From the NCBI GenBank assembly GCA_902597095.1, contig CACJWK010000011.1, positions 207 through 64,206 on the forward strand: a stretch of DNA of 64,000 bases, read 5' to 3'. The notes beneath the pieces were generated by a model. It was given only the letters and a program-made list of their open reading frames with translations, had not been told where the DNA came from and did no database searches. A program made the position numbers and the translations under genes. Within the stretch, counting starts at the first letter, position 1; each line of letters starts with the position of its first letter. Positions 29,010 to 39,433 of this stretch are shown in pieces. The DNA comes from an uncultured Pseudohongiella sp. GTDB taxonomy: Bacteria > Pseudomonadota > Gammaproteobacteria > Pseudomonadales > Pseudohongiellaceae.

Positions 29010-29924
29010 TCATGGCCGAATGCGAGGATCGATAATTGAATAAAGAAGATCCGATATCAGGTTGGCGGATACTGTAATAAAAGAACCGAGTAGTACAATT
29101 ATCTGCACTATTGCAAAGTCTCTCGCAGCAATACTCTGCATAGTTAGAAGACCAAGGCCAGGCCATGCAAAAACCGTTTCAACAACAACGGCACCTGCAA
29201 GCAACTGAGAGACTTCAATCGCACTTATTGAGACTATGGGAACTAAAGAATTCCGCAAAAGGTGCTTTTGCACCAGTCGCGCAGTGCGAACGCCTCGTGC
29301 GCGAGCGGACCTTATGTAATCCTTGTCGAGCTCTTCTAGTACTGCAGTTCTCGTCATTCGTGCGTAGGTCGCTAAAGAAAGGAGCCCAAGAGAAATCGAT
29401 GGCATAATCAAGTGCGAGAGACTCCCTGTCCCTGACGTGGGAAGCCATTGCAGCCAAACCCCAAAAACTAAGATCATCACAATGCCCGACCAGAATGTGG
29501 GCAACGATTGGCATGCTAAGACAAACGCCATTAGCCACTTCGATACTTGGCGGCGAGCAGTGAAAGCCATAATCAGCCCGAGCGGGAATCCACAAAGCAT
29601 CGAAAAGGCAAGAGCCCCAATCGCTAGCTTGAGAGTCTCAGGAATCCGACTGATAATGATTTCACTTACAGGCGCATTCCGGACAAAACTAAAACCAAAA
29701 TCTAGTTTAAAAGTATCAAATAGGAAATTCGCATATTGAGACCAAACCGGCTGATCAAGGCCCATCACCTCACGCATGACCTTTATATCGTCCTCCGTCG
29801 CGGTCTCTGGCAAGAGGAGGGCAACGGGGTCTCCAGTAAGACGCTGTAAAAAAAATACCAGAGAGACCACACCGAAGATTGTAAGTGCGGCTTGGCTGAA
29901 CCGAAAAACGAGAAAACGAATCAC
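29010..29924 (-). CDS. Peptide ABC transporter permease (OppB/DppB-like)
   Basis: 304 aa with the YIRSARARGV block typical of OppB/DppB permeases. Confidence 0.85.
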   Translation of the reverse strand: MIRFLVFRFSQAALTIFGVVSLVFFLQRLTGDPVALLLPETATEDDIKVMREVMGLDQPVWSQYANFLFDTFKLDFGFSFVRNAPVSEIIISRIPETLKLAIGALAFSMLCGFPLGLIMAFTARRQVSKWLMAFVLACQSLPTFWSGIVMILVFGVWLQWLPTSGTGSLSHLIMPSISLGLLSLATYARMTRTAVLEELDKDYIRSARARGVRTARLVQKHLLRNSLVPIVSISAIEVSQLLAGAVVVETVFAWPGLGLLTMQSIAARDFAIVQIIVLLGSFITVSANLISDLLYSIIDPRIRP

Positions 29925-29925
29925 T

Positions 29926-31485
29926 TCAACGGATGATTCTCATTCTATTGAGAAACATGCTTTCATTCGCGGTTGGTACGAAGTTGAGGTCAACCGCCGC
30001 GCCGTACAGCACAGTTGCCTGATAAAGCGGCAACATTAGGTATTCCTCCCTTACTATTTGATGCACCTGATTATAAGCTTCCTGTCGTACCTCAGGGTCC
30101 AGCGAAGATCTTGCGGCCTCTAACAAGTCATCGAGATGAGTGTTTTTGACACGACTCCAACTACTGCTTGAGTGCAGCAATGGATAGACTACCCCGTCCG
30201 CGTCTTGACAGGCACATGACCATCGACCAAAACTAAGCTCGCTATTTCTACTCGATGGAGATGTGACAATTTCCAGATATCTCGGCATATCTGACATTGA
30301 AATTGCGATGTTGAAACCAACATCATTAAGCATTTGTTGAATGGCTTGGACTATTCTTTGGTCGAATACCGGGGAAGTAGCTAAGGTTGCTGGTGAACTT
30401 GCCAGCGCCTGATTGGTAGATACAATCGCCCTGGCGCGTGCAACGTCGAATTCAAAGGGAGGAACGGCAGCATCGAAGCCAAAATGAGATGGAGTTAACA
30501 TCTGGGAAATAGGGACCTCGCCCGCCTGCAACAGACCCTCTATTAATCCCTGCCTATCAATTGCCATACTCGCAGCTCGGCGCATCTCAAGATTATTGAA
30601 GGGCGGTTTCTCAAGGTTTAGTCCTAGGTATCCAACCCGCTCTGAAAGAGCCGAAAGAATCTTTCCTGTGCCCCCTGAGTTTATTTGCTGTGCGAAGTCA
30701 GCATCAATCGAGACCACTAAATCTGCTGTCCCTGCTCTTAGGTCAGCCACACGAGTCGCAACGTCTGGCACGGACCTAAAGGTCGCGCGAAGAAACGGCC
30801 CAACATCCCCCCAATAGTCCTCATTACGGATGAGCTTGACCATATTGCCCCTATCCCATTCAAGAAAAGCGTATGGCCCAGAACCTATCGGCGCATCGTT
30901 GAATTTGCTGTCCCCAACTTTTGAGATTATATGCTCAGGCACTATGGATAGCTTTACTAACTGAGCAAGCAGGGAAGGGTATGGATCAGCAGTAGAAATG
31001 ACTACTATATTTTCTTCCGCAACAGCATCGACAATTTTATTGAATTGGCCAAGCTGGGGAGATCCAAACTCCGGATCGATGATCCTCTTTATAGAAAATA
31101 CAACGTCAGAGGGTTTAAGAGGTTCCCCATCATGAAAAAAAATACCTTCACGAATTGTGAGCTTCAGGGTCGTATCCGTTGTCTGCTCCCAAGTCTCAGC
31201 TACTTGCCCGACTATCTTGCCCCCATTGTCACGCGTAAACAAGTTATCAAAAATATTGCGATACACATAATAAGATGAAGGATTCCACTGCACATGAGGG
31301 TCCAAAGACGCAGGCTCTCCTGAGAGATCTATGACAATATTTTCTTCGGTCACTGCGAAAGCAGACAGACAAACGCAAGCCAAAAATAAAGCAGCGAGAC
31401 CCTTTAGAAAAAGTGCCAGAAAAGCACGTCCTTCAGAGAAGGGCATTTTTACCAGCACTTCTTTCGTCACCGTCTTGTCCTTCAA
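29926..31485 (-). CDS. ABC transporter substrate-binding protein, family 5 (peptide/nickel type)
   Basis: 519 aa with a signal-like segment (the true start may be the internal ATG near 31446). Size and layout fit OppA/DppA-type SBPs. It sits directly upstream of the permeases. Confidence 0.8.
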   Translation of the reverse strand: MKDKTVTKEVLVKMPFSEGRAFLALFLKGLAALFLACVCLSAFAVTEENIVIDLSGEPASLDPHVQWNPSSYYVYRNIFDNLFTRDNGGKIVGQVAETWEQTTDTTLKLTIREGIFFHDGEPLKPSDVVFSIKRIIDPEFGSPQLGQFNKIVDAVAEENIVVISTADPYPSLLAQLVKLSIVPEHIISKVGDSKFNDAPIGSGPYAFLEWDRGNMVKLIRNEDYWGDVGPFLRATFRSVPDVATRVADLRAGTADLVVSIDADFAQQINSGGTGKILSALSERVGYLGLNLEKPPFNNLEMRRAASMAIDRQGLIEGLLQAGEVPISQMLTPSHFGFDAAVPPFEFDVARARAIVSTNQALASSPATLATSPVFDQRIVQAIQQMLNDVGFNIAISMSDMPRYLEIVTSPSSRNSELSFGRWSCACQDADGVVYPLLHSSSSWSRVKNTHLDDLLEAARSSLDPEVRQEAYNQVHQIVREEYLMLPLYQATVLYGAAVDLNFVPTANESMFLNRMRIIR

Positions 31486-31521
31486 TTGCTTCGCTTATTT
31501 TTAAAAAAGAACTGAGCTGCC

Positions 31522-33183
31522 TTATTGCGCAGAACTCGACCCCTCGGCCTTATTTAATCCCGCATACTCATATATGGCCGTAGCAATAGACTTCTCCATA
31601 CCGGCCATACCGTAGGTATTCCCTGCGCCTTCAACGATAAAGTATTCATTAGCAGCGTGGGACCCGCCCCCACCACCAACGTAACCATCCGCAATTGGAA
31701 TATCATAGACATCACCAGCAAATAAATAGGCCGGCCAGTACCCACCGAGAATAGTCTCTTCAAGGATCGGCTCAGGATTACCAGCACCAAACGTTTCCCG
31801 CATCTCGCGGACGGCCATAGCCAACTCATTGTTGTCATCCATCTTAGCCCAGGGGACATCACCAACTACATTGATCTCAACATCTTCATAGCCATGTTTA
31901 TCCAAATGTGCCCTGAGTTTTGCCACAATGTCAGGCCCTGTTTGATTAGGGACATACCTGAAATTATGTTTGGACACGATGCGATTAGGCAAAATAGCGC
32001 CTGAACCACCCTCAAACATATTACCTGCCCATATTCCGTCAAGATTCATTGACTGGCCATAGCGAGACAGTTTTTGGACCTCATAGGGGTCGTCAGATAT
32101 GAAACGGGCCACGCCAAGACGCTCCGCCGCAACCGTTACATCGTAATCCTCCGCAGCCTCACGCAAAATCGCCTCCTCATCTTCTGTAAGAGGCACGACG
32201 TCATCGTAAAAACCATCAATCAGTACTTCATTTCCGGTATCATCTACCAGCGTCGCAAGCATCTTGATATGACGCCAGGCAGGCGCATCAACCTGACGCT
32301 TACGTCCCCCATGGATATTGCTGTAGGTAGGTCCCCGGCCCCACGCCTCTCCACTTGTAATTAACTCGACGAAAACACTGCCCTCGGAGGCGCCATAACC
32401 CCACATGACGTCGGCTTCAGAGAAGAGCTCCGGATTGTCTCGTATAAACTTACGATAGCCAATGGACATCCGCTCCTCATCCCCTTCAGCAAGAAAAATC
32501 AAATTAACCGGCAGACTCCCTGTCACCGCCTTTATTGACATCATTGCATTCCAGAAAGCCATCTGCCTGCCTTTGGAGTTATTTGCCCCCCTGCCAATGA
32601 TGACTTTGTCAAAAGGAGGTTGCTCCACAATTCTTGCTTCAAAAGGAGGCGATGTCCAAAGGTCAGGCTGCGTAATAGGCATCGTGTCATACATCCAGTA
32701 AACCGCCATGGTCTTTTCCGCACCCTCATCACACTTAGCATAAACTACCGGATTGGCCTGAGTACCGTATTCAGTAAGGCCAGGATCAACAACCTCGGTC
32801 TCCTGACATCCAAACTGATCAAAGAAACCTTCAACCATGTAGGCCGATTCCTGAATGCCTTCACCAGTGTTGGAAACGCTTGGCTGCTGAATCCACCGCT
32901 GCAAATTCTGAACATGCTCATCGATATTCGCATCAATATGATCAAACACCGCGACCAGATCTGGATTGTGTATTCTGCTCATGTCTATCTCGAGCTCGGT
33001 TTTTCCTCTCGGGTTGATGCCCAGAGAAGGCTCTGGAGCAGCAGCCTCCACTGTAGACATCATGGCGGGAGCTGTACTTACCTCAGACTGTTCTGATTGA
33101 GGACTGCAGGCACCAAGCAGAACCGAGAGGGTCAGTGCGATGAAACGCACCATTTGGATTGAATTCTTATAGCAATCAAACAC
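31522..33183 (-). CDS. M20 family metallopeptidase, lipoprotein (copy 1)
   Basis: 553 aa with lipobox LLGAC, the FLAEGDEE metal/catalytic block and a C-terminal GGGGGSHAANEY. It is identical to 40347-41984 except at the extreme N- and C-termini. Confidence 0.8.
   Translation of the reverse strand: MFDCYKNSIQMVRFIALTLSVLLGACSPQSEQSEVSTAPAMMSTVEAAAPEPSLGINPRGKTELEIDMSRIHNPDLVAVFDHIDANIDEHVQNLQRWIQQPSVSNTGEGIQESAYMVEGFFDQFGCQETEVVDPGLTEYGTQANPVVYAKCDEGAEKTMAVYWMYDTMPITQPDLWTSPPFEARIVEQPPFDKVIIGRGANNSKGRQMAFWNAMMSIKAVTGSLPVNLIFLAEGDEERMSIGYRKFIRDNPELFSEADVMWGYGASEGSVFVELITSGEAWGRGPTYSNIHGGRKRQVDAPAWRHIKMLATLVDDTGNEVLIDGFYDDVVPLTEDEEAILREAAEDYDVTVAAERLGVARFISDDPYEVQKLSRYGQSMNLDGIWAGNMFEGGSGAILPNRIVSKHNFRYVPNQTGPDIVAKLRAHLDKHGYEDVEINVVGDVPWAKMDDNNELAMAVREMRETFGAGNPEPILEETILGGYWPAYLFAGDVYDIPIADGYVGGGGGSHAANEYFIVEGAGNTYGMAGMEKSIATAIYEYAGLNKAEGSSSAQ
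31559..33111. repeat. 1553-bp direct repeat, copy 1 (pairs with 40366-41918)
   Basis: A constant offset of 8807 nt holds at both ends of the repeat. I saw only a handful of mismatches, clustered at 31588 and 31683-31695. Confidence 0.9.
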
Positions 33184-33269
33184 GCTGAAACTCCTTTATT
33201 TACGTTCGATAAAATTCCTGTCCTATTGTTTGTATAAGAGGATACAAAAATACTTACCCTCGCGATTAC

Positions 33270-34628
33270 CTAATTCCCGTCGCTCGATGCTCCTGAGCTA
33301 ATAAAGCCTTCGGGCAACTTTTCTGCTCCTATGATTAACTCCTGGAGTCCATCCCAATAAGCAATATTTAATTTGGCTAGACTACTTAGAAATCCAGTTA
33401 CCGTCGAACCCGATATTGGATAAATAGCTGCATAAGCACCATATCTATCAACAAATTCCAAAACCGCTCTTGGGCTCGCAACAAGGAAGTCATTTTCTAG
33501 ACGCACCGCTGCGGCAACGCTTGGCAGTTTTTCATCCGCATATGCCTGAATGGTTTTTGTTACACCGGCGTTAGCGATCTTAACTAGATGATGGACGCGC
33601 AAATATGATTCAATCTCAGAAGCATCCAGTCCCGCTAAAGGAAAGAGCACGTCGCGTTCAAACTCCAATCGTTTATCCTGCGGAAAAGCTAAGCTTATCC
33701 CGTAATCCGCAGCCCCCTCTAAAACAGCGGTCTTCTGAGTTCGAAGTAGCATCAAGCGCTCTTCTGGCGAGAAATCCCCCATCTCATTCAGGCTTTGCTC
33801 AAGCAACACATGTTGCGCATGATGTCCTGGGTAACCTTCGTGACATGCAACATCAATCATCGAACCAACGTAACCCATTGCCAGGGGGTTGATAGAAATT
33901 TCACTCGCACCCTCACCCAAATAAGAATGCCACGGCGTGGAAACTTCTCGAGTCCAGTTGATTTTCACGCCAGAATCTAGATGTAATTCCCAATTCTCCT
34001 TGGTGTTTTTTTCGCAAGCATCCAACGCCAACTCGAATAATTGTTCTCGCTTACTGAGCGGCACCAGGAATCGCGATTGGAAGTCGGATACGCGAAATGG
34101 AAGACTACCCTGCCCAGGTAAAAGTTTATCCAACTCTTCTACAGCTTCTGAGGCAGCAAGCTCGAGAGCCGTCGGGGCGCGATCCACAGATACAACTCGT
34201 CCACTGGCATCCAGACGAGTTTCAGGGCGCAATTCATCTATTGGGATACCAAAGAACCCACCCAACTCTTCCGAAAATGACAGCGAATCGCCGTCTGCCA
34301 AGAAGTCGAGAACCCGCAGAAGATGAGCAATCTTGAGCGCTAATCCTTCTAATCTCGAATCGCTAATATCCTCTCTGGCTCTATCTACTCGCGCTTTCAG
34401 GTCTCCTGCAGTGATTAAGATCTCATCGAGGGATGTCTCTGATATCTGACCAGGATCGTAAGAGCCAAAATAATTGTCCACCTCCCCTCTCGATATTCCA
34501 TCAAGCTTCAAAGCAATGTCGATATAATCCTCCGCGAGACTGGCAACCGAGGTCTGTGATGCAAACCATACAAAACCCGCCACAAGGCTGATTAGGATAC
34601 AGATGACAGCAGCTAATTTGACACGCAT
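33270..34628 (-). CDS. DUF885-like putative metallohydrolase with N-terminal TM anchor
   Basis: 452 aa. It has the HEGYPGHH motif, which fits the HExxPGHH pattern I associate with DUF885, and an N-terminal hydrophobic helix. Confidence 0.55.
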   Translation of the reverse strand: MRVKLAAVICILISLVAGFVWFASQTSVASLAEDYIDIALKLDGISRGEVDNYFGSYDPGQISETSLDEILITAGDLKARVDRAREDISDSRLEGLALKIAHLLRVLDFLADGDSLSFSEELGGFFGIPIDELRPETRLDASGRVVSVDRAPTALELAASEAVEELDKLLPGQGSLPFRVSDFQSRFLVPLSKREQLFELALDACEKNTKENWELHLDSGVKINWTREVSTPWHSYLGEGASEISINPLAMGYVGSMIDVACHEGYPGHHAQHVLLEQSLNEMGDFSPEERLMLLRTQKTAVLEGAADYGISLAFPQDKRLEFERDVLFPLAGLDASEIESYLRVHHLVKIANAGVTKTIQAYADEKLPSVAAAVRLENDFLVASPRAVLEFVDRYGAYAAIYPISGSTVTGFLSSLAKLNIAYWDGLQELIIGAEKLPEGFISSGASSDGN

Positions 34629-34639
34629 TGATATATAAG

Positions 34640-35986
34640 TTACTCCGCCCTGAGAGCGTCAATAGGATCAAGCATGGCTGCTTTTTGCGCAGGGTAATAA
34701 CCAAATATCACTCCAACTGCTGCCGCAACTCCCAGCGCAACCACCACACTGACAAATGTAACCGTTGCAGGCCACCCCAAGATCAAAGTGACTACTTGAG
34801 CGAGCATTAGCCCGACTAGCAAGCCAACTACACCGCCCACGGAGCTGAGCGTGACGGCCTCTACTAAGAATTGGCGCGAAACATCGGTTTTCTTGGCGCC
34901 AGTTGCCATCCGGAGTCCTATTTCTTTTGTTCGTTCCGTGATGGAGACCAGCATAATATTCATAATGCCGATACCGCCGACGAAAAGCGATGCTCCAGCA
35001 ATACTGGCTAAAAGAGCAGTCATCGTCTCATTGGCTTTATCAAGGGTATCTGTCATTTCTTCCAAGTTTACTTGATCAAGTTTGGGTAAATTTGCAAGTG
35101 CAAAGGCAGCGGCAGGTGTATACAGTCCTCGAGTGAGAACTTCTTCAGCCTGAGTCTCAACGGTGAAATCATCAGGAATCCCCCCAGCACCACCTTGGTT
35201 CGCTAAATAGCCAGCCCTCGCTTCGGCATTCGCCTCGTTAATAATCCCATGGCGTTGGCGCAACATAAGCCTTATTTCCTCAGCTACCGAAGCGGCTTCA
35301 CCGGCTCTATTTGTAGATACGATTATTGAATCAAGATTCTGCTTGTTAATAGTTGATTGCAGGCTCTCCCATGGTATGAAAAGCACCTCATTATGATCAT
35401 CAGTAGAATCATCTATGACTCCAACAATCTCAAAGCTAGAACCTCTCAACTGAACACGTTTTCCCAATGCATCGACATAAGAGCCAAAAATGTCACCCGC
35501 AATAGACCGGCCAACAATCACCTCGTCACTAGCCGCGCTTGAAAAATTCGCGCCAGCCAAGAAGTCCCAGGCATACATCCTCGCGAACGCATCTGATACG
35601 CCTTGAATTCGTACGAAAGATTGGCCCTCGCCAAACCCGATGAATGTCCTCAACGAGTTCCCGGGGCTAATGTCTCGAACGCCTAATAATTTTGCGATTT
35701 CCTCACTGTCAGCAACCGATAGGGTGTCTGCGGCACCTCGGCCAGAAAGTATGCCCACCCCTTCACCGCCGCGCGTGTAATTTCCAGACTTAACGTAGAT
35801 GAGATTTGTACCCGCAGATGTGACTTCTTGTTCGACAGAGCCACGAGCGCCGGTCCCGAGAGCGACCATAGTTAGAACCGCGGCCACCCCTATGATCACA
35901 CCAAGCATCGTTAGCGCTGATCTCAATTTATTCCTATTCAGGGAGTCCACCGCGAGCTTTACATTTAACACCATTCTTTGCGCCAA
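34640..35986 (-). CDS. MacB/FtsX-type ABC transporter permease (3 of 3)
   Basis: 448 aa. It has an N-terminal TM, a large periplasmic domain and a C-terminal FtsX block (GGIGIMNIMLVSITERTKEIGLRMATGA). Confidence 0.8.
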   Translation of the reverse strand: MAQRMVLNVKLAVDSLNRNKLRSALTMLGVIIGVAAVLTMVALGTGARGSVEQEVTSAGTNLIYVKSGNYTRGGEGVGILSGRGAADTLSVADSEEIAKLLGVRDISPGNSLRTFIGFGEGQSFVRIQGVSDAFARMYAWDFLAGANFSSAASDEVIVGRSIAGDIFGSYVDALGKRVQLRGSSFEIVGVIDDSTDDHNEVLFIPWESLQSTINKQNLDSIIVSTNRAGEAASVAEEIRLMLRQRHGIINEANAEARAGYLANQGGAGGIPDDFTVETQAEEVLTRGLYTPAAAFALANLPKLDQVNLEEMTDTLDKANETMTALLASIAGASLFVGGIGIMNIMLVSITERTKEIGLRMATGAKKTDVSRQFLVEAVTLSSVGGVVGLLVGLMLAQVVTLILGWPATVTFVSVVVALGVAAAVGVIFGYYPAQKAAMLDPIDALRAE

Positions 35987-36008
35987 GGTAATTTTCCCTC
36001 AAAAAAAC

Positions 36009-37448
36009 CTATTCGGATCTTAAACTTAAAACAGGATCAAGTAATGCCGCTCTTCTCGCCGGTACGAACCCGAAAACCGATCCAACTATTGCAGACGACA
36101 AGGCTGCAATAAAAAACATCGCAGGCGAGAATGCTATTGCCCAACCAAGCCAACCATCTGCCACATACAGCGCAAGGAATCCTACTGCCAGTCCCAAAAA
36201 TCCTCCAAGCATCGCTAGCGTGAGAGATTCGACAAGAAACTGAGTCAGCACATCCCGGACTGTGGCACCAAGTGCCATCCGCAAACCGATTTCTCGAGTC
36301 CGGCTAGAAACAGAGACCAGCATGATATTCATGATGCCTATTCCTCCGACGAGCAAACAAACGGCGGCGGCGCTCGACAGCAGGTAAGTGAAGGTTCTTG
36401 CGGCTTGGCGAAGGCTATTAGCCATCTCTGTAAATGCAGCTTCCTCCAGCTGCGAAACATTTCCATAGACGGCCCTCGCGAGTCGCGGATCAGAACCGAG
36501 AGCAGGCATTGCTGATAAACTCTGAGTTGTGACCCTAAAATCGTCTATAGTGTCATCTGGAAGACTCCTGACTTCTCTCAATATCTCTCGAACAGATTCA
36601 GCGACCTCGGAAGTCACACCCACGTTGGCAGATCGTAGTGCAATTTCCTCGTATTCATTAGTATCGATAACGCTAGTGGCCGCTTCAAGTGGCATGAAGA
36701 CTTCGGGGACGATCACGGGGCTTCTGCTTCTTGCTTGATCATCTGCTAGCGTCCCGACCACTGAGTAGTTAACGTTTTTTACTTGCAGGGATTTGGTGAG
36801 TGGATCTTCACCAGGCCAGAGTGCTGCAGCAACCGACTCAGAAAGGACTAAAACGGGCGAAGAGTCGCGATGCTCTTGTGCAGTTATTAACCGCCCACGA
36901 TTCACTGTCCAGCCATCCATCGAGGGCCAGCTTGCTTGGAACCCTCTTATCCTGGCAATCCTTACTGGGTTACCGGCGTCTTGGTCCAAAGTCAAGTTGG
37001 CTGAAACGAGTGCTGATAAAGAACGTACGTTCCTCACGCTTTTTTTAATGGCATCCAGTTCTGCAGAACCTAGAGGAGGTGCTGGACTCCTGACCTTGGA
37101 ACGCTTAGGAGCAAGAGCTCGCTGCCTTGCCGCCATCATCGCAGCATTTTGCTCAAAAGACGCATCGCCGTAACCTTCCTCGCCAACGACACCCGCGCCA
37201 AGTCCTCCGCCCATGCCGCTGTCTCCTGCCGCCGCGATTGCAGGTGGTTGGAAGTTACCGGCTTTGACCTTTACTAAGGTTGGACCTGAAGCTTCAATCT
37301 GCGACTCTATTTGTTGCTGTGCCCCCAGTCCAAGCCCATGGACGAAAACAACCATGGCCACGCCAACGCCCATCCCTATAAGAGTCAAAAATGCGCGAAG
37401 GCCATTCTTTTGCAGCATCTTGAGAGCTAAAGCGAGGTTTATGGACAT
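36009..37448 (-). CDS. MacB/FtsX-type ABC transporter permease (2 of 3)
   Basis: 479 aa with the same architecture. The FtsX block is GGIGIMNIMLVSVSSRTREIGLRMALGA. Confidence 0.8.
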   Translation of the reverse strand: MSINLALALKMLQKNGLRAFLTLIGMGVGVAMVVFVHGLGLGAQQQIESQIEASGPTLVKVKAGNFQPPAIAAAGDSGMGGGLGAGVVGEEGYGDASFEQNAAMMAARQRALAPKRSKVRSPAPPLGSAELDAIKKSVRNVRSLSALVSANLTLDQDAGNPVRIARIRGFQASWPSMDGWTVNRGRLITAQEHRDSSPVLVLSESVAAALWPGEDPLTKSLQVKNVNYSVVGTLADDQARSRSPVIVPEVFMPLEAATSVIDTNEYEEIALRSANVGVTSEVAESVREILREVRSLPDDTIDDFRVTTQSLSAMPALGSDPRLARAVYGNVSQLEEAAFTEMANSLRQAARTFTYLLSSAAAVCLLVGGIGIMNIMLVSVSSRTREIGLRMALGATVRDVLTQFLVESLTLAMLGGFLGLAVGFLALYVADGWLGWAIAFSPAMFFIAALSSAIVGSVFGFVPARRAALLDPVLSLRSE

Positions 37449-37470
37449 AGTTTTTGAAATTCGAATCCAC

Positions 37471-37905
37471 TTAGTCTGCGCTTAGGCCCATATTCTTCAT
37501 TTCAGTGTCCCCTGCAAATCTGGGCATCACACTAGCAGGAACCTCCAAAGTAACCGGTTGGCCTTGCCAGAAAAACTCGACACGTACAATTGTCTTCGGA
37601 TCTGAGATAGGACCGCACAACCCAGCCCATCGATCGCCCTGATCGCTGACATTCATTTCAAGTGTCTCTTCCGAACCATCAGGCCTGTGTAAAGCAACAG
37701 CTACTTCGGATACTACACTTGCGGGCATGTCTCTGCGCATATCGTCGCTGTAGAAAATTTCGACTCCGCCTTCCTCGGGAATCACAAGTTCTAAATGCAA
37801 GTCAAGGAACATCATCACAAACCCCCCATGACGAGAGCTATGATCTTCGTGCGCCTCTGAGACACCAAAAAAAGCGAATAAGAAAAAAGGAAGGATCTTA
37901 TTCAT
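37471..37905 (-). CDS. Small secreted protein with His-rich HEDHSSRHGG motif, unknown function
   Basis: The start is taken at MNKILPFFLFAFFGVSEA (signal peptide). It overlaps the stop of the upstream permease by 8 nt. The mature N-terminus is HEDHSSRHGGFVMMFLDLHLELV. Confidence 0.55.
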   Translation of the reverse strand: MNKILPFFLFAFFGVSEAHEDHSSRHGGFVMMFLDLHLELVIPEEGGVEIFYSDDMRRDMPASVVSEVAVALHRPDGSEETLEMNVSDQGDRWAGLCGPISDPKTIVRVEFFWQGQPVTLEVPASVMPRFAGDTEMKNMGLSAD

Positions 37906-39433
37906 AGTATAGAGCTCCAACCGGTTCTAAACTTGAAGCCTTATACGCCGGATATAAGCCCGCAAGGACTCCCAACGCGGCCGAGATAACCACCGCAATC
38001 ACCATTGAAAGTGATGACAGATAGACCGCCCATCCCAGAAACTCTCCAACCATATGAACAACAGAAATTCCGACCAAAATCCCAATTACACCACCAGTGA
38101 GTGTCAGTGCTGTGGCTTCAGACATAAATTGGAATACGATGTCCCTCCTTGTCGCCCCCACAGATAATCTGAGGCCAACTTCTTTAGTCCTCTGAGTTAC
38201 CGAAAGTAATAGCAAATTAACTACCCCAATGCCGCCAACTAAGAGCGAGACCCCTGCGATGCTGGCAAGGAGCGTAACCATGGTTGTGTTTGCCCGTTCG
38301 AGAGAACCAGAAAGCTGTTCCATCGTGATGTTGTCTACCGAACCCATATTTCCGGCAACCACGCGGGCAACGTCTGGCGGCAACCCGCTGCCAAGTAATT
38401 TTTCAGCTTGGGTTTGAACGGTAAAGTCATCAGGCATCTGCTCAGTAATTCCATGCCTGCTTCGAAGGAGCATGGTGATATCTTTGGCAAGCCTAGACGT
38501 CTCGCCGGCCGATCGGGCAGCAGCAGTGATTGTATTAAGCTTGCTCAGATTCAATAGCTCGTGAATTGTCGAGACGGGCGTGTAGATTGCGTCGAACTGG
38601 TCATCCCCGGCCGCTGGGCGAGACGCCCAGCTCTTGCTACTAACGACTCCCACTATTTCAAAAGGCTGATTCCACAGGAAAACGGTTTCGCCAACTGGAT
38701 TAGCATTAGTTCCAAACAATCGATCAGACACCACTTGGCCCAACACCATGACATTAGATTTGTCATTAAATTCAGACTCCGAAAAAAATCTCCCACTGGT
38801 ATAGGTCCATCCCGCGCGCAGGCTTGGAAGTGTCGGCTCGGTACCATGAAGCCGTGTGAACCAGCTTTTCCCTCCTTCTTCTTCAGAAAGCGAGACTCGT
38901 GCATTCTCATGCACTCCAGATGCGACAAACGAAATTCCCTCTAAGCTGTTCTCAATAGCTCGAGCATCCTCGATCGATAAGGTCGCAGCGGCGCCCAGTC
39001 CAGCCATCGCATCGCCCAAGCGCTCCGCCGCGGTCGGATGATCATGCTCGGCGTTCGGATCGTCCTCATAATGTGCAAGCAAAAACGTTGCGCCGCCAGT
39101 TTCTGGCTTCTCCAAGTCGCTGATAAGACGTGGTGACTCCATTGACGCTAGCCCTCTCATCACAGATGTGTCAGGCATCAGGAACCCATGGTCTGCTGGC
39201 GCTATGCCAGAATCTTGAGGTCGTTTCACCTGATAGTTTCCTGCGGTCACCACGATCATGTTGGCTCCAATAGCCAGCATTTGATCACCGATGGACTGTC
39301 TGGCGCCGCGCGCCAAACCGAGACTGACAATCAAAGCTGACACGCCAACGGTCACTCCCAATACAGCCAGAAACGCTTGGAAATTGTTTTGCCGGATACC
39401 ATGAAGCGTAATCGCTAGATAGTGTGCTTTCAT
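37898..39433 (-). CDS. MacB/FtsX-type ABC transporter permease (1 of 3)
   Basis: 511 aa. The FtsX block is GGIGVVNLLLLSVTQRTKEVGLRLSVGA, and it has a large periplasmic domain. Confidence 0.8.
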   Translation of the reverse strand: MKAHYLAITLHGIRQNNFQAFLAVLGVTVGVSALIVSLGLARGARQSIGDQMLAIGANMIVVTAGNYQVKRPQDSGIAPADHGFLMPDTSVMRGLASMESPRLISDLEKPETGGATFLLAHYEDDPNAEHDHPTAAERLGDAMAGLGAAATLSIEDARAIENSLEGISFVASGVHENARVSLSEEEGGKSWFTRLHGTEPTLPSLRAGWTYTSGRFFSESEFNDKSNVMVLGQVVSDRLFGTNANPVGETVFLWNQPFEIVGVVSSKSWASRPAAGDDQFDAIYTPVSTIHELLNLSKLNTITAAARSAGETSRLAKDITMLLRSRHGITEQMPDDFTVQTQAEKLLGSGLPPDVARVVAGNMGSVDNITMEQLSGSLERANTTMVTLLASIAGVSLLVGGIGVVNLLLLSVTQRTKEVGLRLSVGATRRDIVFQFMSEATALTLTGGVIGILVGISVVHMVGEFLGWAVYLSSLSMVIAVVISAALGVLAGLYPAYKASSLEPVGALYYE

